Source: Octopus vulgaris (Eukaryota). From it: a stretch of DNA of 64,000 nt. A program made the position numbers and the translations under genes. Below the pieces are notes generated by a model that ran no database searches, had not been told where the DNA came from, and worked only from the letters and a program-made list of their open reading frames with translations. Below are positions 50,429 to 64,000 of this stretch, in pieces. The stretch's first letter is position 1; every line of letters starts with the position of its first letter. The DNA is taken from positions 111,972,001-112,036,000 of the forward strand of contig OX597822.1 of assembly GCA_951406725.2 (NCBI GenBank). Reading direction: 5' to 3'.

Positions 50429-53400
50429 AATCACAAAGTAACGGAAGTCTCTTCATCATCTCATATGTATACTCTATTGTTTTTTTTAAAGTTGTAATCT
50501 TAAAACCAGTCTAAGAAAAATGGTCATCAATATTATTACTATGAAAATTAAAACGTGAAATGAATACGTAATGTCACACGAAACTACACGTTTACAGATA
50601 ATATATTAGTAGGTTGAAATTAATTTCTATGGGTACTTTCAACAACTTGTCGTTATTAAATTTCTGGGAAGAAATCGTTTAATAAAGGTAACTGTATCGA
50701 AGAATAATGTGAACTATACGAACGTGATATGGCCAAAATAAAATATTCTGACGCTAAAGAAATACTTGTATTTGAAATAAACTGATTGCGGACGAGTATA
50801 GAGTCTTTTGTATTTCAATTGCTTTCAGCATCGAGAGTAGAAAGAAAAAAAACGAAATCATTGTCCAGTTTTATTTTCACTTTATTTTGAATAAACGAAG
50901 CTGTTACATGTGCTCATGGTTGTCGATTAAGTATTTTACAAGCCAGAACGTAGTTCCCTGTTGAAAGGATAAGTAATGGAGGGGCTAATGCCGTATCCCT
51001 GTATTTTAGATGTCGGAGATTACGAATATGCAAAAAGAGAAAGAAAACATTTAAAATTTAAAACTTTCGAAATTTTCTTCGTTATGCTTTGGATGATGGA
51101 GATTCCGAATATGCGAGGAAACCGTTTTCAAAATCCTAAATTGAATAAGCATATAAATGTGTATAAGAGATGTCTTCCAGGGAAACCCCGTCTTATATTA
51201 AGGACTGCCACATTTAGTTGACAAATTCTTTTCAGTTCAATATTTTTGTATTTAATTTCGATTTGCATACGTTCGTCAATTCGCTGCGATATCTTTTAAA
51301 GTAAATCATCATCGTTTAACGTCCGTTTTCCATGCTAGCATGGGTTGGACGATTCGACCGTGGTCTGGGAAGCCAGAAGGCTGTACCAGGCTCCAAACAA
51401 ATTTTAATGGGTTCGGGGTGAAATTAATTTTTTTTTCTTTCTTCATATTCGTAATCGCCGACATCTAAAATGTAGGAATCTGGAAGATTTTCAAAAAGAG
51501 AAAATGCATTTTTCATGGAGAGGTGCGAAACTGCATTTACCCTCGAAATGGAATAGTTCAGCTACTGTTTTTTTTTTTTTGAAAATAAATTTTACAGGAC
51601 TCCGGAATGTCCCCCATTTACTTATATGCAATGATTTTTTAAAAAGTCACTACTGTGCAAATGACAAACCCCATCAACGCCGAACACATAAATTCGAAGT
51701 ACATTTCGTCATTTCAGATTTTCCATTTTAATTTTTACTTTTCTCGAAACTCATACTAGGAAGCTGGGTGTTAGAGCTTGCTGTTGGGGAAGTTTGATCA
51801 GTTTAAATATTCTAACATGGGCTAAAATAAAGGATACGTACACCCGGTGTTAGAGATTTTGTTACGCCGAAAACAGTGTACGTATTGTATGTACTTTTGC
51901 CCTAACATGTTCATTATGGTTAACTAAAAACAATACAGTCAATGATAACGGCGAAACAAAATTTACAAACTTAGGTGAAGCAGTAAAGATAAAGGAAAAT
52001 TCGGCAGAGTTTACACACGATCCGTCGATTTTTTAATAATGCTATCGTGGAATAGTATAATTCTAGGGTACTACTAGCGAACAGCTAGTCGTAGGTAGTC
52101 GATCCTACGACTGGTAAATAATTTTTTGAACTAAGTAAATAAATTATTTTTTAAAACAATGTATATAATTTTTTTACACAAATACTGGGACCACTGTTTG
52201 CTTGTAACACCTCTAATTCTAGGCAGTAAATGGAAAACCCTAACAAAATTAAAATCCAGCAAGTGTTTCCACGTACTCGCATTTCTCTAGATGTCCTTTG
52301 GTAAAAAGTAGGCTAACAGTTAGGTTTTCTTAGCTTCTTCATAAGAAAATCGGATACCGTGTTGTATAGCGAGTCAGTTTTCTGCTAAGTGTACCATGGA
52401 TTTTAGCATTCTTTTTCTAAGACTAAGATGAGCTGCTATTTTTAGTCGGTCTGGTGACCAGTGAATAGCTTCCACTCTCCAGTTGGTTTGTGCTATAATT
52501 TTAAGAGACTGGCTTCCTTTTCAAAATCTATGCTGACAAGCAACGATTTCTGATTTCAAAAGTCGAACATGGCTGAAACTTAAATGCTCAATTAGCTTCA
52601 AATTAATTAGTGGTGTCACGTGATACACCAGTTATTCTTTCCAAACTATAAAACACCTTTCTACGAAATTAATTTCTCGCTAAAGACGGGCGGAGTTTCC
52701 TAAAAAAAGCACACATGCAGGCAATCCTTAACGAAATTGCTTCTGAGGGGGAAAAAAAATCTCTTCTCTCCATTATATCGACTATATTAAAAAAAAAAAA
52801 AAAAAGGAAATGAAAGCCCAGAATAGGCGGCAAAATGCATTTTAAGGATTCTTTTTATCCAACATTTTATCGCTCGTTCAAATTTAAGGTTACCTTACAT
52901 AAGGTATAAAGTATGTGGATTCTACGAAGGATTAGATATTTAGTCCTAAATTAGATAACGTCCTGTCTAATAATTATCTAAACTGCATCTTAACCGTTTA
53001 CAATAAGAAACGTGTAGAAATTTTATTGTATAAAAAAAAAAATCCTGTAGTACTAAAACCAAGCTACGTGAACTGATTTTTTTTTTTTTTTTTTTTTTCA
53101 AAGGGGTAAAAGTAAGTTACAAAAGCATCATTGAAATAATTAGATTTCCTATCTTCGAGGTAATGACCAAAACTTAACCTTACTAACACTGGGTGGTTCG
53201 TGAAGTTGAGAAACTTAACATTACACTAGCAAAATGTTTACAAAAAAAAATTCATGCCCCTGCATGGCCACAGCTCGTGAGCTGAAACTAGATGAAATGA
53301 AATGAGGCTTGAAAATATGTAATTTTTTTAAAAAATGGACGTTGGAACCTTTAATCTTTGAGTAAATTTTTCAAATGATTATGTAGCAACCGGTTTTGAG

Positions 53401-53997
53401 AAAGCAAACTTTTGATCAAAAGGTACTCCAGCCACCATGTGAGGTTAATTCAATGGAGAATCGATCGTTCCTGACATCTCAAACGCCTACATATAAATTT
53501 CATTAGACCTTAACTGTCCGACTATTCATTCTAGAATTTTAAAAACCTAGCACTACTTGAATGCAGAGGTCCCCACTCATCTACGTAACCAGGCCCAAAT
53601 ACTAACCCGAACGTGTGCACAGTAAAAATATCATTAAGTAGTGCCGAAAACTTCGTTTTGTTTTAATAATGAAGGTCTTTGAATGCACAGCTAAGACGAC
53701 TCCTTAAACTTTTGTCATACTTGACCAATGTTGGTATTTGGCTGATTCAGAAAAATAGATTTCATTAATATATAATTGGCAAGAAAACAATCCAAAATAA
53801 ATTCCACCCAACCCTTTTTTTTCGTAAATGTGTTGTCTGGTTTAAAAAAAAATAAATGTTCGTTGCACTTCAAATGGATAAAAATTTCATATTCCAGCTA
53901 AGAGAAAAAAATTTCAAGATGGTTTATTTGCGTTTAAACTTAAAAAGGGTACACATCATATAAGAGATGATGAAGAGACTTCCGTTACTTTGTGATT

Positions 53998-54013
53998 GGC
54001 CCTTAAAAGGACC
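53998..54013 (-). terminator. Histone 3' stem-loop of H3 copy 2
   Basis: Exact reverse complement of the copy 1 stem-loop. Confidence 0.9.
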
Positions 54014-54034
54014 GTTTGTAAAATTCAAGAGAAT

Positions 54035-54493
<459 letters not shown>

Positions 54494-54499
54494 CTACTG

Positions 54500-54685
54500 A
54501 ATTTATATTTTTCCAGTTTCGCGCGCACCTGTCTTCACATTTCAATTGGATAATCAGATTTCTCTCTGTCCAATCAAAACGCTGCTTTCTCATTGATTGT
54601 TTTTGATAATTAAAACAAAGTGCGCAGATTTAACTTTTGTTTTATAAATAAATTTAGCTATCTCCAAATTATTTCCAATCCCTCC
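54500..54685 (-). promoter_or_regulatory. H3 copy 2 promoter
   Basis: Mirror copy retaining the same CCAAT, TTTCGCGC and TATAAA motifs. Confidence 0.7.
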
Positions 54686-55393
54686 ACTAATTATGCTTAT
54701 TAACACAATTTTTTTTTTCTGTTACGAAAATTATAAACAGTATTAAATCAAAAATGTAAGAGTTCAGTGTTGGAAAATGAAATAAACAAGCAAAATTGTT
54801 ATCTCAAACTAGTTATTAAAACATATTTCCGTCGTTAAAGTTTTCACTTCATTTCTACAACTTTTAATAAAAATTCTTCTTTGATTCTACATAGATTTTA
54901 CAAGTTTCTTTTCTTTCCCCCGATTTTATGCCTAATTCCCAATATAAGAATTACTGGCAAAACTTGGTACTTCTCTTCAAACAGATTTTAAGTTTATCAG
55001 AAATATTAGCTGTGGTATTTTCGTATGAGCTGGTTAAAATAAAGAAGGGACGATAGACGTCTTTTGATATCGTCTGTACAAAAATGGCTCAGTAGTAGAG
55101 TTGCTTATATTTTTACATGAAGGCGGCGAGCTGGCAGAAACGTTAGCATGCCGGGCGAAATGCTTAGCGGTATTTTGTCTGCCGCTACGTTCTGAGTTCA
55201 AATTCCGCCGAGGTCGACTTTGCCTTTCATCCTTTCGGGGTCGATAAATTAAGTACCAGTTCACTGGGGTCGATGTAATCGACTTAATCCGTTTGTCTGT
55301 CCTTATTTGTCCCGTCTGTGTTTAGCCCCTTGTGGGTAGTAAAGAAATATATATTTTTACATGAAGATTGTTGACAATATATTTATTAAATTA

Positions 55394-55798
55394 GGATCTT
55401 TTCGGTTTGAACGGCAGTTTTTTCTAGCGGTGTCATATGAAATTGTCACCCATAATTATGACTCTAGTATCGATCTATTGCATTTCAATTTGTTTTAGGG
55501 TTAGGGTGGGGGGAAGGGTATCTTTTTTTTTTTTCTTCACAAATGTAAATAAACCCAATCTGTTTCTTAAACGAGGGACATATTCATACGGCACAGAATG
55601 TTTTCACCTCAAGAGACGTCACTGATTGGTTGAAATTGAAGAAAAAAACAACAAATATCTTACAAACTATAGAACTTTCTCAATAAAGCCAAGAGAAAAA
55701 GATGTTTTATAAACACATTCTACCAGTATACGAAGTTTAAAAGTGTGTAGTTACGTGGAAATTATTTTAAAAAGCTGCCGTTCAAACCAAAAAGATCC
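55394..55798. mobile_element. Second copy of the same MITE
   Basis: Perfect 8-bp TSD ttaaatta. Confidence 0.85.
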
Positions 55799-57169
55799 TT
55801 AAATTACTGTTGATTGGGTGAAATTTTCACATTTACTGTCCAAAATATGTAATAAGATTAGTTCACGTGGTAAACTGGAAGCAAAGTGGGGAACAAATTA
55901 ATTTAGTTAATCGCTAGACTAGTATTTAATTTAGTATATTTGTCTTATTTCAACTTCCCTTTCAGAAATCATAGTGGTTTTTCATATGAAGTCTTTTTTT
56001 TTTTTTTTTCAAAGTCTGAATAAATAAATTCAAGATGAAAGAGGTACAACCAAAACGCGAATGAACAAATCGATCCAAGATTAAAACTGAGATTTCAACA
56101 TTTCCTCCAAGTCTGAATCTTCCATTCTGCAGGACATCCAAGTGATCCACAGTACTCTCCTGTAACTCATCACTTTGACATCCTTAACCACTTGGTGTCT
56201 GTGCAACTCTTAAGATCATATTTCTTACCCATACTTTGCTACTGTCAGAACCAGTGAGATTTTAGAACTTTCAGCTTGATGCTTTTGCTGGGGGTACAGT
56301 CTCTCCCTACTGTATTAAGTAACTTCTTTCCTGGTTGCAGTCCACTATTTTGGTAAACAATGGAGCCCAGATACACAAACTTGTCAACTGTGGCTGTCTT
56401 ACCTACCTCACCTCACCAACATCAAATGGTCAGCCACTCTGATTCTTAGGTGGGTGCTACCATGATCTTGGTCTTTTTAGTGCTAATCTCTGTGTGTTTA
56501 TCTATCTATCTGTAATTATATGTGTGCTTGCATGTGCACAAAAGAATCCTAATGATTTAACTGATTGAATTTTTAGTACTTTTAAACAGTTTTTTTTTTG
56601 TGCACTTTCTTGCAGAAAATTATTTTCATTAATTTTCAACAACTACACCAACATGTTGAAATAGCAGAACTGTTAGAATGCTGAAAAGAAATACCTATTT
56701 CTTTATTACCCCCAAGGGGCTAAACACAGTGAGGACAGACAAACGGATTAAGTTGATTATATCGACCCCAGTCCGTAACTGGTACTTATTTAATCGACCC
56801 CGAAAGGATGAAAGGCAAAGTTGACCTTGGCGGGATTTGAACTCAGAATGTAACGGCAGACGAAATACTGTTAAGCATTTTGCCTGGTGTGCTAACATTT
56901 CTGCCAGCTTGTCGCCTTATGCTGAAAAAGAATACCTTGTAGGATTTGTTACTATACTTAACATTTTGAATCTAAGTCCCAGAGAGGTTAACTTTTCCTT
57001 TCATCCTTTTGCAGGCAATAAAATAAAGCACCAATCAGGTACTAGGATCAATGATACTGGCTCATCTTATTCTCATAAAACTGCTGGCCTTGTGCCGAAA
57101 TTAGAAACAATAGTTGTCGATGTTAAGGCAGTGAGCTGGCAAAATCATTACCATGCCAGGCATAATTCT

Positions 57170-57578
57170 TAGCATGTGGTGAACTTATTCAGTGTTTTCC
57201 ATGGTGGTGGCAGTTGCTGGACATCCAAAACTTGAGAGTCATTTCCAAGACTGTCTCTTCCACTCTTTAATTCAACTGCTCATCATTTTGGCACTGTTGA
57301 TAAAGCTGTAGCATCATCCTCTAATGTAGCAACCATATCAGCATCAATGTTCTTGGGAACTAAACCCTTTTTCTGCAAGTACTTCACATCAAGATTCCAA
57401 GTTTTGTCCATTTTGAAGAGAAGTTGCTATTAGTTGCTTTTCAAGTCTTCTTTGAGCAGTCTAATGTACGGTTAACTGATAAAAATCGATGCACAGTTGA
57501 AATTAATGCATGCAAGATTTCACAGCTCAAGCATCACTCCTTCATAGTCAGCCTATGAACTTTTCAGCCCACCCTTCA
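57170..57578 (-). mobile_element. Left-end fragment of the same mariner family
   Basis: TIR cagcctatgaacttttcagccc..ca|ta and 5' region matching 25591-26000. Confidence 0.78.
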
Positions 57579-59202
57579 TACAATTTTGCTTGTTTATTTC
57601 ATTTTCCAACACTGAACTCTTACATTTTTGATGAAAAATATGAATTAATCACTGACAGAACACATTATTCAAAATGAGAAATGAACTTGGTATCCTAATT
57701 CACCAAATCTAGTTTTCTAGTTGAGGCCTGCCGTAATAGTGTGTAATATCTATCTTTCACTGTCACAGTTTTCACACCTTATTTTGTTGCTGTCCTGCTC
57801 TATTGCTGATTGATAACACTATATTTGATCTTTGTTTTAATTCCTTATTAGTTTATATCTGTTTTATTCATTAACAACTTAGGTATTTCATGCGATTAGC
57901 AATGATTAATAATACCATTAAATATCATTTTAATTCCCAACAAGTTCACACACGTTTCATTATTGATTTTCTACTTAAATGCATGATTACAATTTTGTAA
58001 AAAATGGGGAGTGATATTGCATTACAGCAATGTCTTTCTTGGGGATACTTGCAGAATAAGTGGAATCAAGTAGGGTTTGTCAGGTTAGTGGAATTGGATG
58101 GCTGACTGGGCTCACTGAAAACTTACCTTTTGCCAGACAAAATGCTTAGCGGTATTTTGCCTGCCGCTACATTCTGAGTTCAAATTCTGCTGAGGTCTAC
58201 TTTGCCTTTCATCCTTTCTGGGTGTCGATAAATTAAGTACCAGTTACGCACTGGGGTCGATGTAATTGACTTAATCCGTTTCTCTGTCCTTGTTTGTCCC
58301 CTTTGTGTTTAGCCCCTTGTGGGTAGTAAAGAAATAGATATTTCGTCTGCCACTACGGTATTTCATCTGTCATTACGTTCTTAGTTCAAATTCCGCCAAG
58401 GTCGACTTTGCCTTTCATCCTTTCGAGGTCGATAAATTAAGTACCAGTTGTGCACTGGAGTCAATGTAATTGACTTAATCCGTTTGTCTGTCCTTGTCTG
58501 TCCCCTTTGTGTTTAGCCCCTTGTAGGTGGTAAAGAAATATATATTAAAGTACAATATACAATGTCTAAACCAGCAGAGTATGCATCTGGTATCTCTTAT
58601 CTTGGGACATAGTCTTCAAGGATTTAGTCAAACAAGTGGCCCCCAGTACTAATTTTTAAGTCTGGTACTTATCCTTTTATTCTCTTTTGCTGAAGTGCCA
58701 AATTGCAAGAATGTAAATAAACAAATACTCTTTGTCAAGAGGTGAGAAGGACAAACACAAACACAAAGACACACACACATCATTTAACATCAGTCTTCCT
58801 TTACTGGAATGGGTTGGGAAGTTTGACAGGAGCAGGTAGACCAGAGGATTCTGGTAATCTCCACTGCCTGCTTCGATATGGTTTTACAACTAGATGCCTT
58901 TCTTAACGCCAACCACTTTACTGAGTGGACTGGGTGTTTTTTTACCTAGTACTAGTACTGATGAGATTACCAAGTAACGTGCAAGACAAAAATCTCTCAG
59001 CTGAGGTGGGAGATCATCATCATTGTTCGACCATGGTCGAGACAATGGAATTTACTATGTTACACCAGACTTCACGCCCCGTCATATCTTCACCACCATA
59101 TCTTTCTCTGGGGGAACCATGTATCTTCTCTTCAGCAAGGCACTTGTTTCTCTTCCTCTATTCATTCTGTAACCTCTCATCGCCCATAGGCGCCTCCCAC
59201 AA

Positions 59203-59530
59203 TACATCATCATCATCATTGTTCGACCGTGGTCGAGACAATGGAATTTTCTATGTTACGCCAGACTTCACGGTCCATCATAGCATTACGGAGGTCCTGT
59301 TGCTGGATGCCTGTATCCCTGGATATTACATCAGGGTAGGAGAGTGTGCACCCTCTGGTATCGCGAGCAGATGGCTTCCAGAGGAGAAGAGTAGAAATTA
59401 CCTCGTTTTCAGCTCTACAACAATGTCCAGCAAACTGGACTCTTCTACCTTTCACAAGAGATGATACAGGTGGTAATTTCCCATATATTTGTACTTTGGT
59501 TGGATGATGCTTCCACGAGAGATTTTGAGG
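59203..59530 (-). mobile_element. RTE-like LINE 3' end, third family (short second copy about 59013-59075)
   Basis: ISW-like..RRVQFAGHC..AMMDREVWR C-terminus running directly into a (TGA)n tail. Confidence 0.75.
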
Positions 59531-60177
59531 TGGGAGAAGTAGTATTGAGGGAGGTGATTTTGTGCCAGGTGAGGAGAGGTTAGAGTATGACAGAGGGACA
59601 TATAAAAAGATTCGAGCGAAGTCGTTGCCAGTACTGCCTAACTGGCCCCCGTGCTGGTGGCACGTAAAAAGCACCCACTACACTCTCGGAGTGGTTGGTG
59701 ATAGGAAGGGCATCCAGCTGTAGAAACTCTGCCAAATCAAGACTGGATCCTGGTGCAGCCATCTGGTTCGCCAGCCCACAGTCAAATCATCCAACCCATG
59801 CTAGCATGGAAAGCGGACGTTAAACGATGATGATGATGATATGTATATGACAGACTTCTATCAGCCAAATTCACTCACATTGTCAAACTAGGCTGTAGTA
59901 GAAGATACTTGCTGTGCAGTGGGACTGAACCCAAAATCTACCTGATCATTTGACCTTTGAGAAATTGCAGCCAGATTGCCGTCAGATCGCACCCTAGCAT
60001 CATAAAAAAAAAACAGGATGGTCATGATTGGAACACCTAGGTCTGTTCAATCAGGACTGATGTGAGATAAACAACAACACAATTAAGGTCGTATTTCCAT
60101 GTTCAAAGTTAACAATAGATAATTCTGAGACAAGGGAAAAAATTATCTGAGTTTTAGTTTTATTCCGACCTCTCCAT

Positions 60178-60386
60178 TGCATCCTTCAAAACTTCCACAC
60201 TTCCTGAGATTTGCCAACACTACACCTGATTTTCTCCCCTCCATACACACGCAAGCATCTATCTGACTCATACACTGTTCGCTTTCCAGACATTTGTACA
60301 TTACTGCATATTACTTTATACGCACTTTTGACAAGTTGTGGTGCACCTGAGCACTGTATACAATAATTTCATTATTATTATTATTA
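60178..60386 (+). mobile_element. CR1 family 2 short 3' fragment (others at about 15045-15140, 42403-42505, 62071-62119)
   Basis: Matches the ORF end and 3' UTR of the 62776-63461 copy. Confidence 0.8.
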
Positions 60387-61485
60387 ATGTAACTTTTACA
60401 GTACTTACTAAAGTACCAATGTCTGAATCATTAACCGTTTAGCATTTAATCCGGCCATATCCGGCTCAAATATTCCACCTGTTTTATGTTAAAACTGTCT
60501 GGATCCAACCTCTCACACCTACCCTACAATGTCATTTTAAAAATATATAGCCACACCATTTCAATTTTGAAGTTGCAAAATAATATGTGATTAATTCAAA
60601 ACAGTATGAATTAAATAAGCAATAAATTTCACAAAGAAATCTGAATGCTAAAGGGTTAAATGCCTCTACAAAGTTGTACTTTTATTGGTATAGACAAATA
60701 GAATTGTTAAGGGCATAGTTTATTTTCAGAACAATTTACGGATTGCAGAAGACTGACCTAGGAATATTGGGTTTCCTTCTGAAGTTAGTTTCTTGCTAAA
60801 CTTATTATGGTAAAGATGGAGTATGATTACTGACAATTATAGATGTGGTGATCGAAAATTCTAATTTGACAAAATGTGGAGTTATATTTGAGGGCTAAGA
60901 AGTATTCAACTGAAGTTTTCTGAACGGAGAATGTTTATTTGTGAATGAATAAATCCTGTTGAAAAACAAAATATTTAATGTGGTAATGTGTTCTAAATGG
61001 AAGATCAATCACCTGTGATTGTTTTTTTCCATTTTCAGAATTGCAGCAAAAGAATAATTTGTAAATTTACTACCAAAAGAGATAATCTTGCTTACAAAAG
61101 AAGTGGCCTGTTTACTAGTATGGATGCTGTTTTAAGGGTCAACTTGAGAAGATGTCAAATTGAAACAAAATTAAAAAGGGTGTAATCCTTGAAACTAAAT
61201 GTTTCCCATATATTCAAGAGTTAAACCTTTGTTCTCATAAGTAAGCTATAAGAACATTTCCAAATAATCTTCTCAATAATTTCTTTCTTCTTTGCTATTT
61301 TTTGTGTATATCTGCATTTCAAAAATATATGTTTTAGAAATTTCTGCGAATAAAACGTATATAATGATTGACATATATTTAGGAGTTCGCATCCCCCTTA
61401 ATTTTATTTATCAATTCTGTGCACGTTACTCAGGTCTTAATTTTAAAAATTAAATATAATACAATTGCAAAACAATTTTCATTTC

Positions 61486-61906
61486 GGCAATCTTTCGTCT
61501 CTAGTAGACCTTTCCGTCGATTTCCGTAAAAAATTTTTTTTTTTACATATGGGCTTACGGGAACTTTTGAAGTAACGAGAGCGAAAGAGACTAAGAGAAA
61601 GCGATTGTATGACGAGGGAAGTTCTTTTGAAGTTACCGTGCATGGGAAGCATTGATGTACATGTGTGTGTGTGTTTGATGGGGTGTGGGAGACAGACAGT
61701 ATGTTGTGTAAGTGAAGTGCTTCTGTTAGTGTGTGTGAAGAGACAGAGTAATGTGTGAAAGAAAGAGATAACTGAAATTTTTTACTCGGTGTATGTGTAC
61801 AACATGTATGTATATTACTTCAAAAGTTCCCGCAAGCCCATATGTAAAAAAAAAAAATTTTTTTACGGAAATCGACGGAAAGGTCTACTAGAGACGAAAT
61901 ATCGCC
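61486..61906. mobile_element. MITE with about 90-bp TIRs, GG termini and 8-bp TSD
   Basis: ggcaatctttcgtctctagtagacctttccgtcg... and its reverse complement; flanks ttcatttc / ttaatttc. Confidence 0.82.
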
Positions 61907-62775
61907 TTAATTTCATATAATTTTTTAAATAAACAGGGCGGGGTGTAACTATATCGTAAACAACACAATTAAGGTCGTATTTCCATATTCAAAGTTAACA
62001 AAAGATAATTATGAGACAAAGGAAAAAATGATCTGAGTTTTAGTTTTATTCCGACCTTCCGACTGAGGTTGTTGTGGTGCACCCGAGCACTGTATACAAT
62101 AACTTCATTATCATTATTAAATTTCATCTCCTTTTCCCCCCGGACCAAATCGTATCCCGGTATTTTTATCGAAGGGGGAAATAAATAACGGTACACCGTT
62201 AAAAGGTCACATGTGTAAAGCAATTCTTGTTTTCGTTTGGAATCGAAAAAAAGGAAGAATTTTTGTTTCTCTTTTGCGAATCTCTGCCACAAAAGAAAGC
62301 AACCAAAAGGAAATATCCTTAACCTTCACGAAAGAACATTTGTTCCGGGTGGATGGATTTGGAGACTGTTGGCAGCTTTCGAAAGATGGAGACAGAGAAA
62401 GGTGAAACTTGTTTAACCATTTAATCTTTTGCTGTTTGCCAGAATCTCTTCTAAAAGACTTCAGCCAAGCATCGACAGTTTGTCTTTCTCTATTCTTTGG
62501 GGGTTTCTATTCCTCACCTAAATCTCTAACGATGCCTGGCTTCAAAGGGGTGTTTCCCTATTTCCATTTTCCTACCTGAAGCTTTCTCTTACCTTATATT
62601 ATTTATTTAGGCTTTCCTCTGAGTAAGGAAGAATGTAAAATGATTCAACATCACTTATACTCAAGTGTTATCATCATATCTAAAACCCTAACTGCAGTTA
62701 TAACCTCATATATAGACATATACGCATGTATATACCATGTATGTTGAATATTTGAATCGTGTCCTTTAAACCGCT

Positions 62776-63461
62776 ATAATAATAATGAAATTATTGTATA
62801 CAGTGCTCAGGTGCACCACAACTTATCAAAAGTGCATATAAAGCATATGCAGTAATGTACAAATGTCTGGAAAGTGAACAGTGTATGAGTCAGGTACATG
62901 CTTGTGTGTGTATGGAGGGGAGAAAATCAGGTGTAGTGTTGGCGAATCTCAGGAAGCATGGAAGTTTTGAAGGATGCAGTGCCCCGACAACTAACAACTG
63001 ATGCCGGCAGTTTGTTCCATGCTTCAGCAACATTCAGCGTGAAAAAATGTTTCCAAAACTCATGGGAGCTGCGCTGTTTTCTGACTTTGTAAACATGTCC
63101 ACGGGTGTTGGACAGGTGGAGTTTGAAAAGGTGCTCAGAGTTATTGTTTGTAAGATGGTTGATAATTTTGTGTGTGTCTGCCAAGTCAGCTGTCAGACGT
63201 CGGAGTTTCAATGTGTCCATGCCCAGGGAAGTAAGGCGTTCAGAATATGGCAAATGCCTGATGGAGGGTATTCTCTTGGTTGCACGTCGCTGAATAGCTT
63301 CCAGACAATTAATATCCTGGGCAAGATAGGGGTTCCAGACCGGTGATGCAAATTCCAGGTGAGGTTGCACCATAGCTATATAAAGCCACAGATAGATAGC
63401 CGGAGAGCAGCTCACAAAGAACTTGGTGAGTGATGCCAAGACACCCTCAGCCTTCTTGACA
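62776..63461 (-). mobile_element. CR1-clade LINE 3' fragment (family 2)
   Basis: 170-aa ORF with PHLEFASPVWNPY, IQRRATK, AWNKLP; same 3' UTR and (ATT)n tail as the 27968-28390 copy. Confidence 0.9.
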
Positions 63462-64000
63462 ATTTATTTAGGCTTTTCTCTGAGAAAGGAAGAATATAAT
63501 GATTCAACCTCACTTATACTCAAGTGTTATCATTATATCTAAAACCCTAACTGCAGTTATAACGTCATATATAGACATATACGCATGTACATACCATGTA
63601 TGTTGAAGATTTTAATCGTGTCCTTTGAACCGCTGTAAGAAACATAAATCAAAGGTTACAGAAATGCATATTTATCTATGCTCAGTTGAGAAACAAACGT
63701 GAAGAGAAACATTTTCTTTTTAATTATTTTTTATTATATAAATATAACATTTTATATTTATTTACAAGAAGAAAGATACTTTAGTCGTCAAGAAAAACCA
63801 CTTTAAATTCCTTAGCTAATTTCTTCTTTCTAATACGTTAACCAACAAATCAAAATAGATTTGTGATTAACTTGGACATGGCACAAACATTTACCGATGC
63901 CTCCAAAAGATGAAACAATGGAAAAAAGACGAAAATGATGTTTCTTCGTCATTTTGCCAATTCGCGCCACATTTCAAAATGGCTAAATTGGCTATTGCTA

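Noticed and set aside
51000-51475. Inverted repeat of about 30-50 bp in the H3 spacer as a histone regulatory element
   Set aside because: It looks like the ends of a decayed TIR element containing a family A fragment; there is no evidence of function and no clear TSD
53923-53928. AATAAA poly(A) signals downstream of the H3 genes (also 50681)
   Set aside because: They lie outside the conserved arms, at different distances in the two copies, and are expected by chance in AT-rich DNA; dual 3' processing is neither supported nor excluded

Overview
AT-rich, microsatellite- and transposon-dense animal DNA; the repeat landscape suggests an octopus or other cephalopod (inference only). Positions 878-42308 carry a minus-strand, intron-rich methylmalonyl-CoA mutase (MMUT) gene. 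I hand-spliced 17 phase-compatible GT-AG coding exons plus a candidate first exon; the last exon lies left of the window. At 49.7-54.7 kb two intronless histone H3 genes form a convergent inverted duplication (about 750-bp arms, 3.5-kb spacer). Both encode a protein with the replacement-variant H3.3 signature (S31, A87-A-I89-G90), yet both have replication-dependent architecture: no intron in the CDS, a CCAAT/E2F/TATA promoter and a 3' histone stem-loop. No other histone gene is in the window. This is the most unusual feature. The rest is mobile DNA: RTE and CR1 LINEs, tRNA-derived SINEs, six non-autonomous Helitrons, mariner remnants, piggyBac-, Tc2- and Merlin-like MITEs, solo LTRs, and palindromic Penelope-like remnants with hammerhead-ribozyme-like cores. 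All coordinates were read by eye and no database searches were run.
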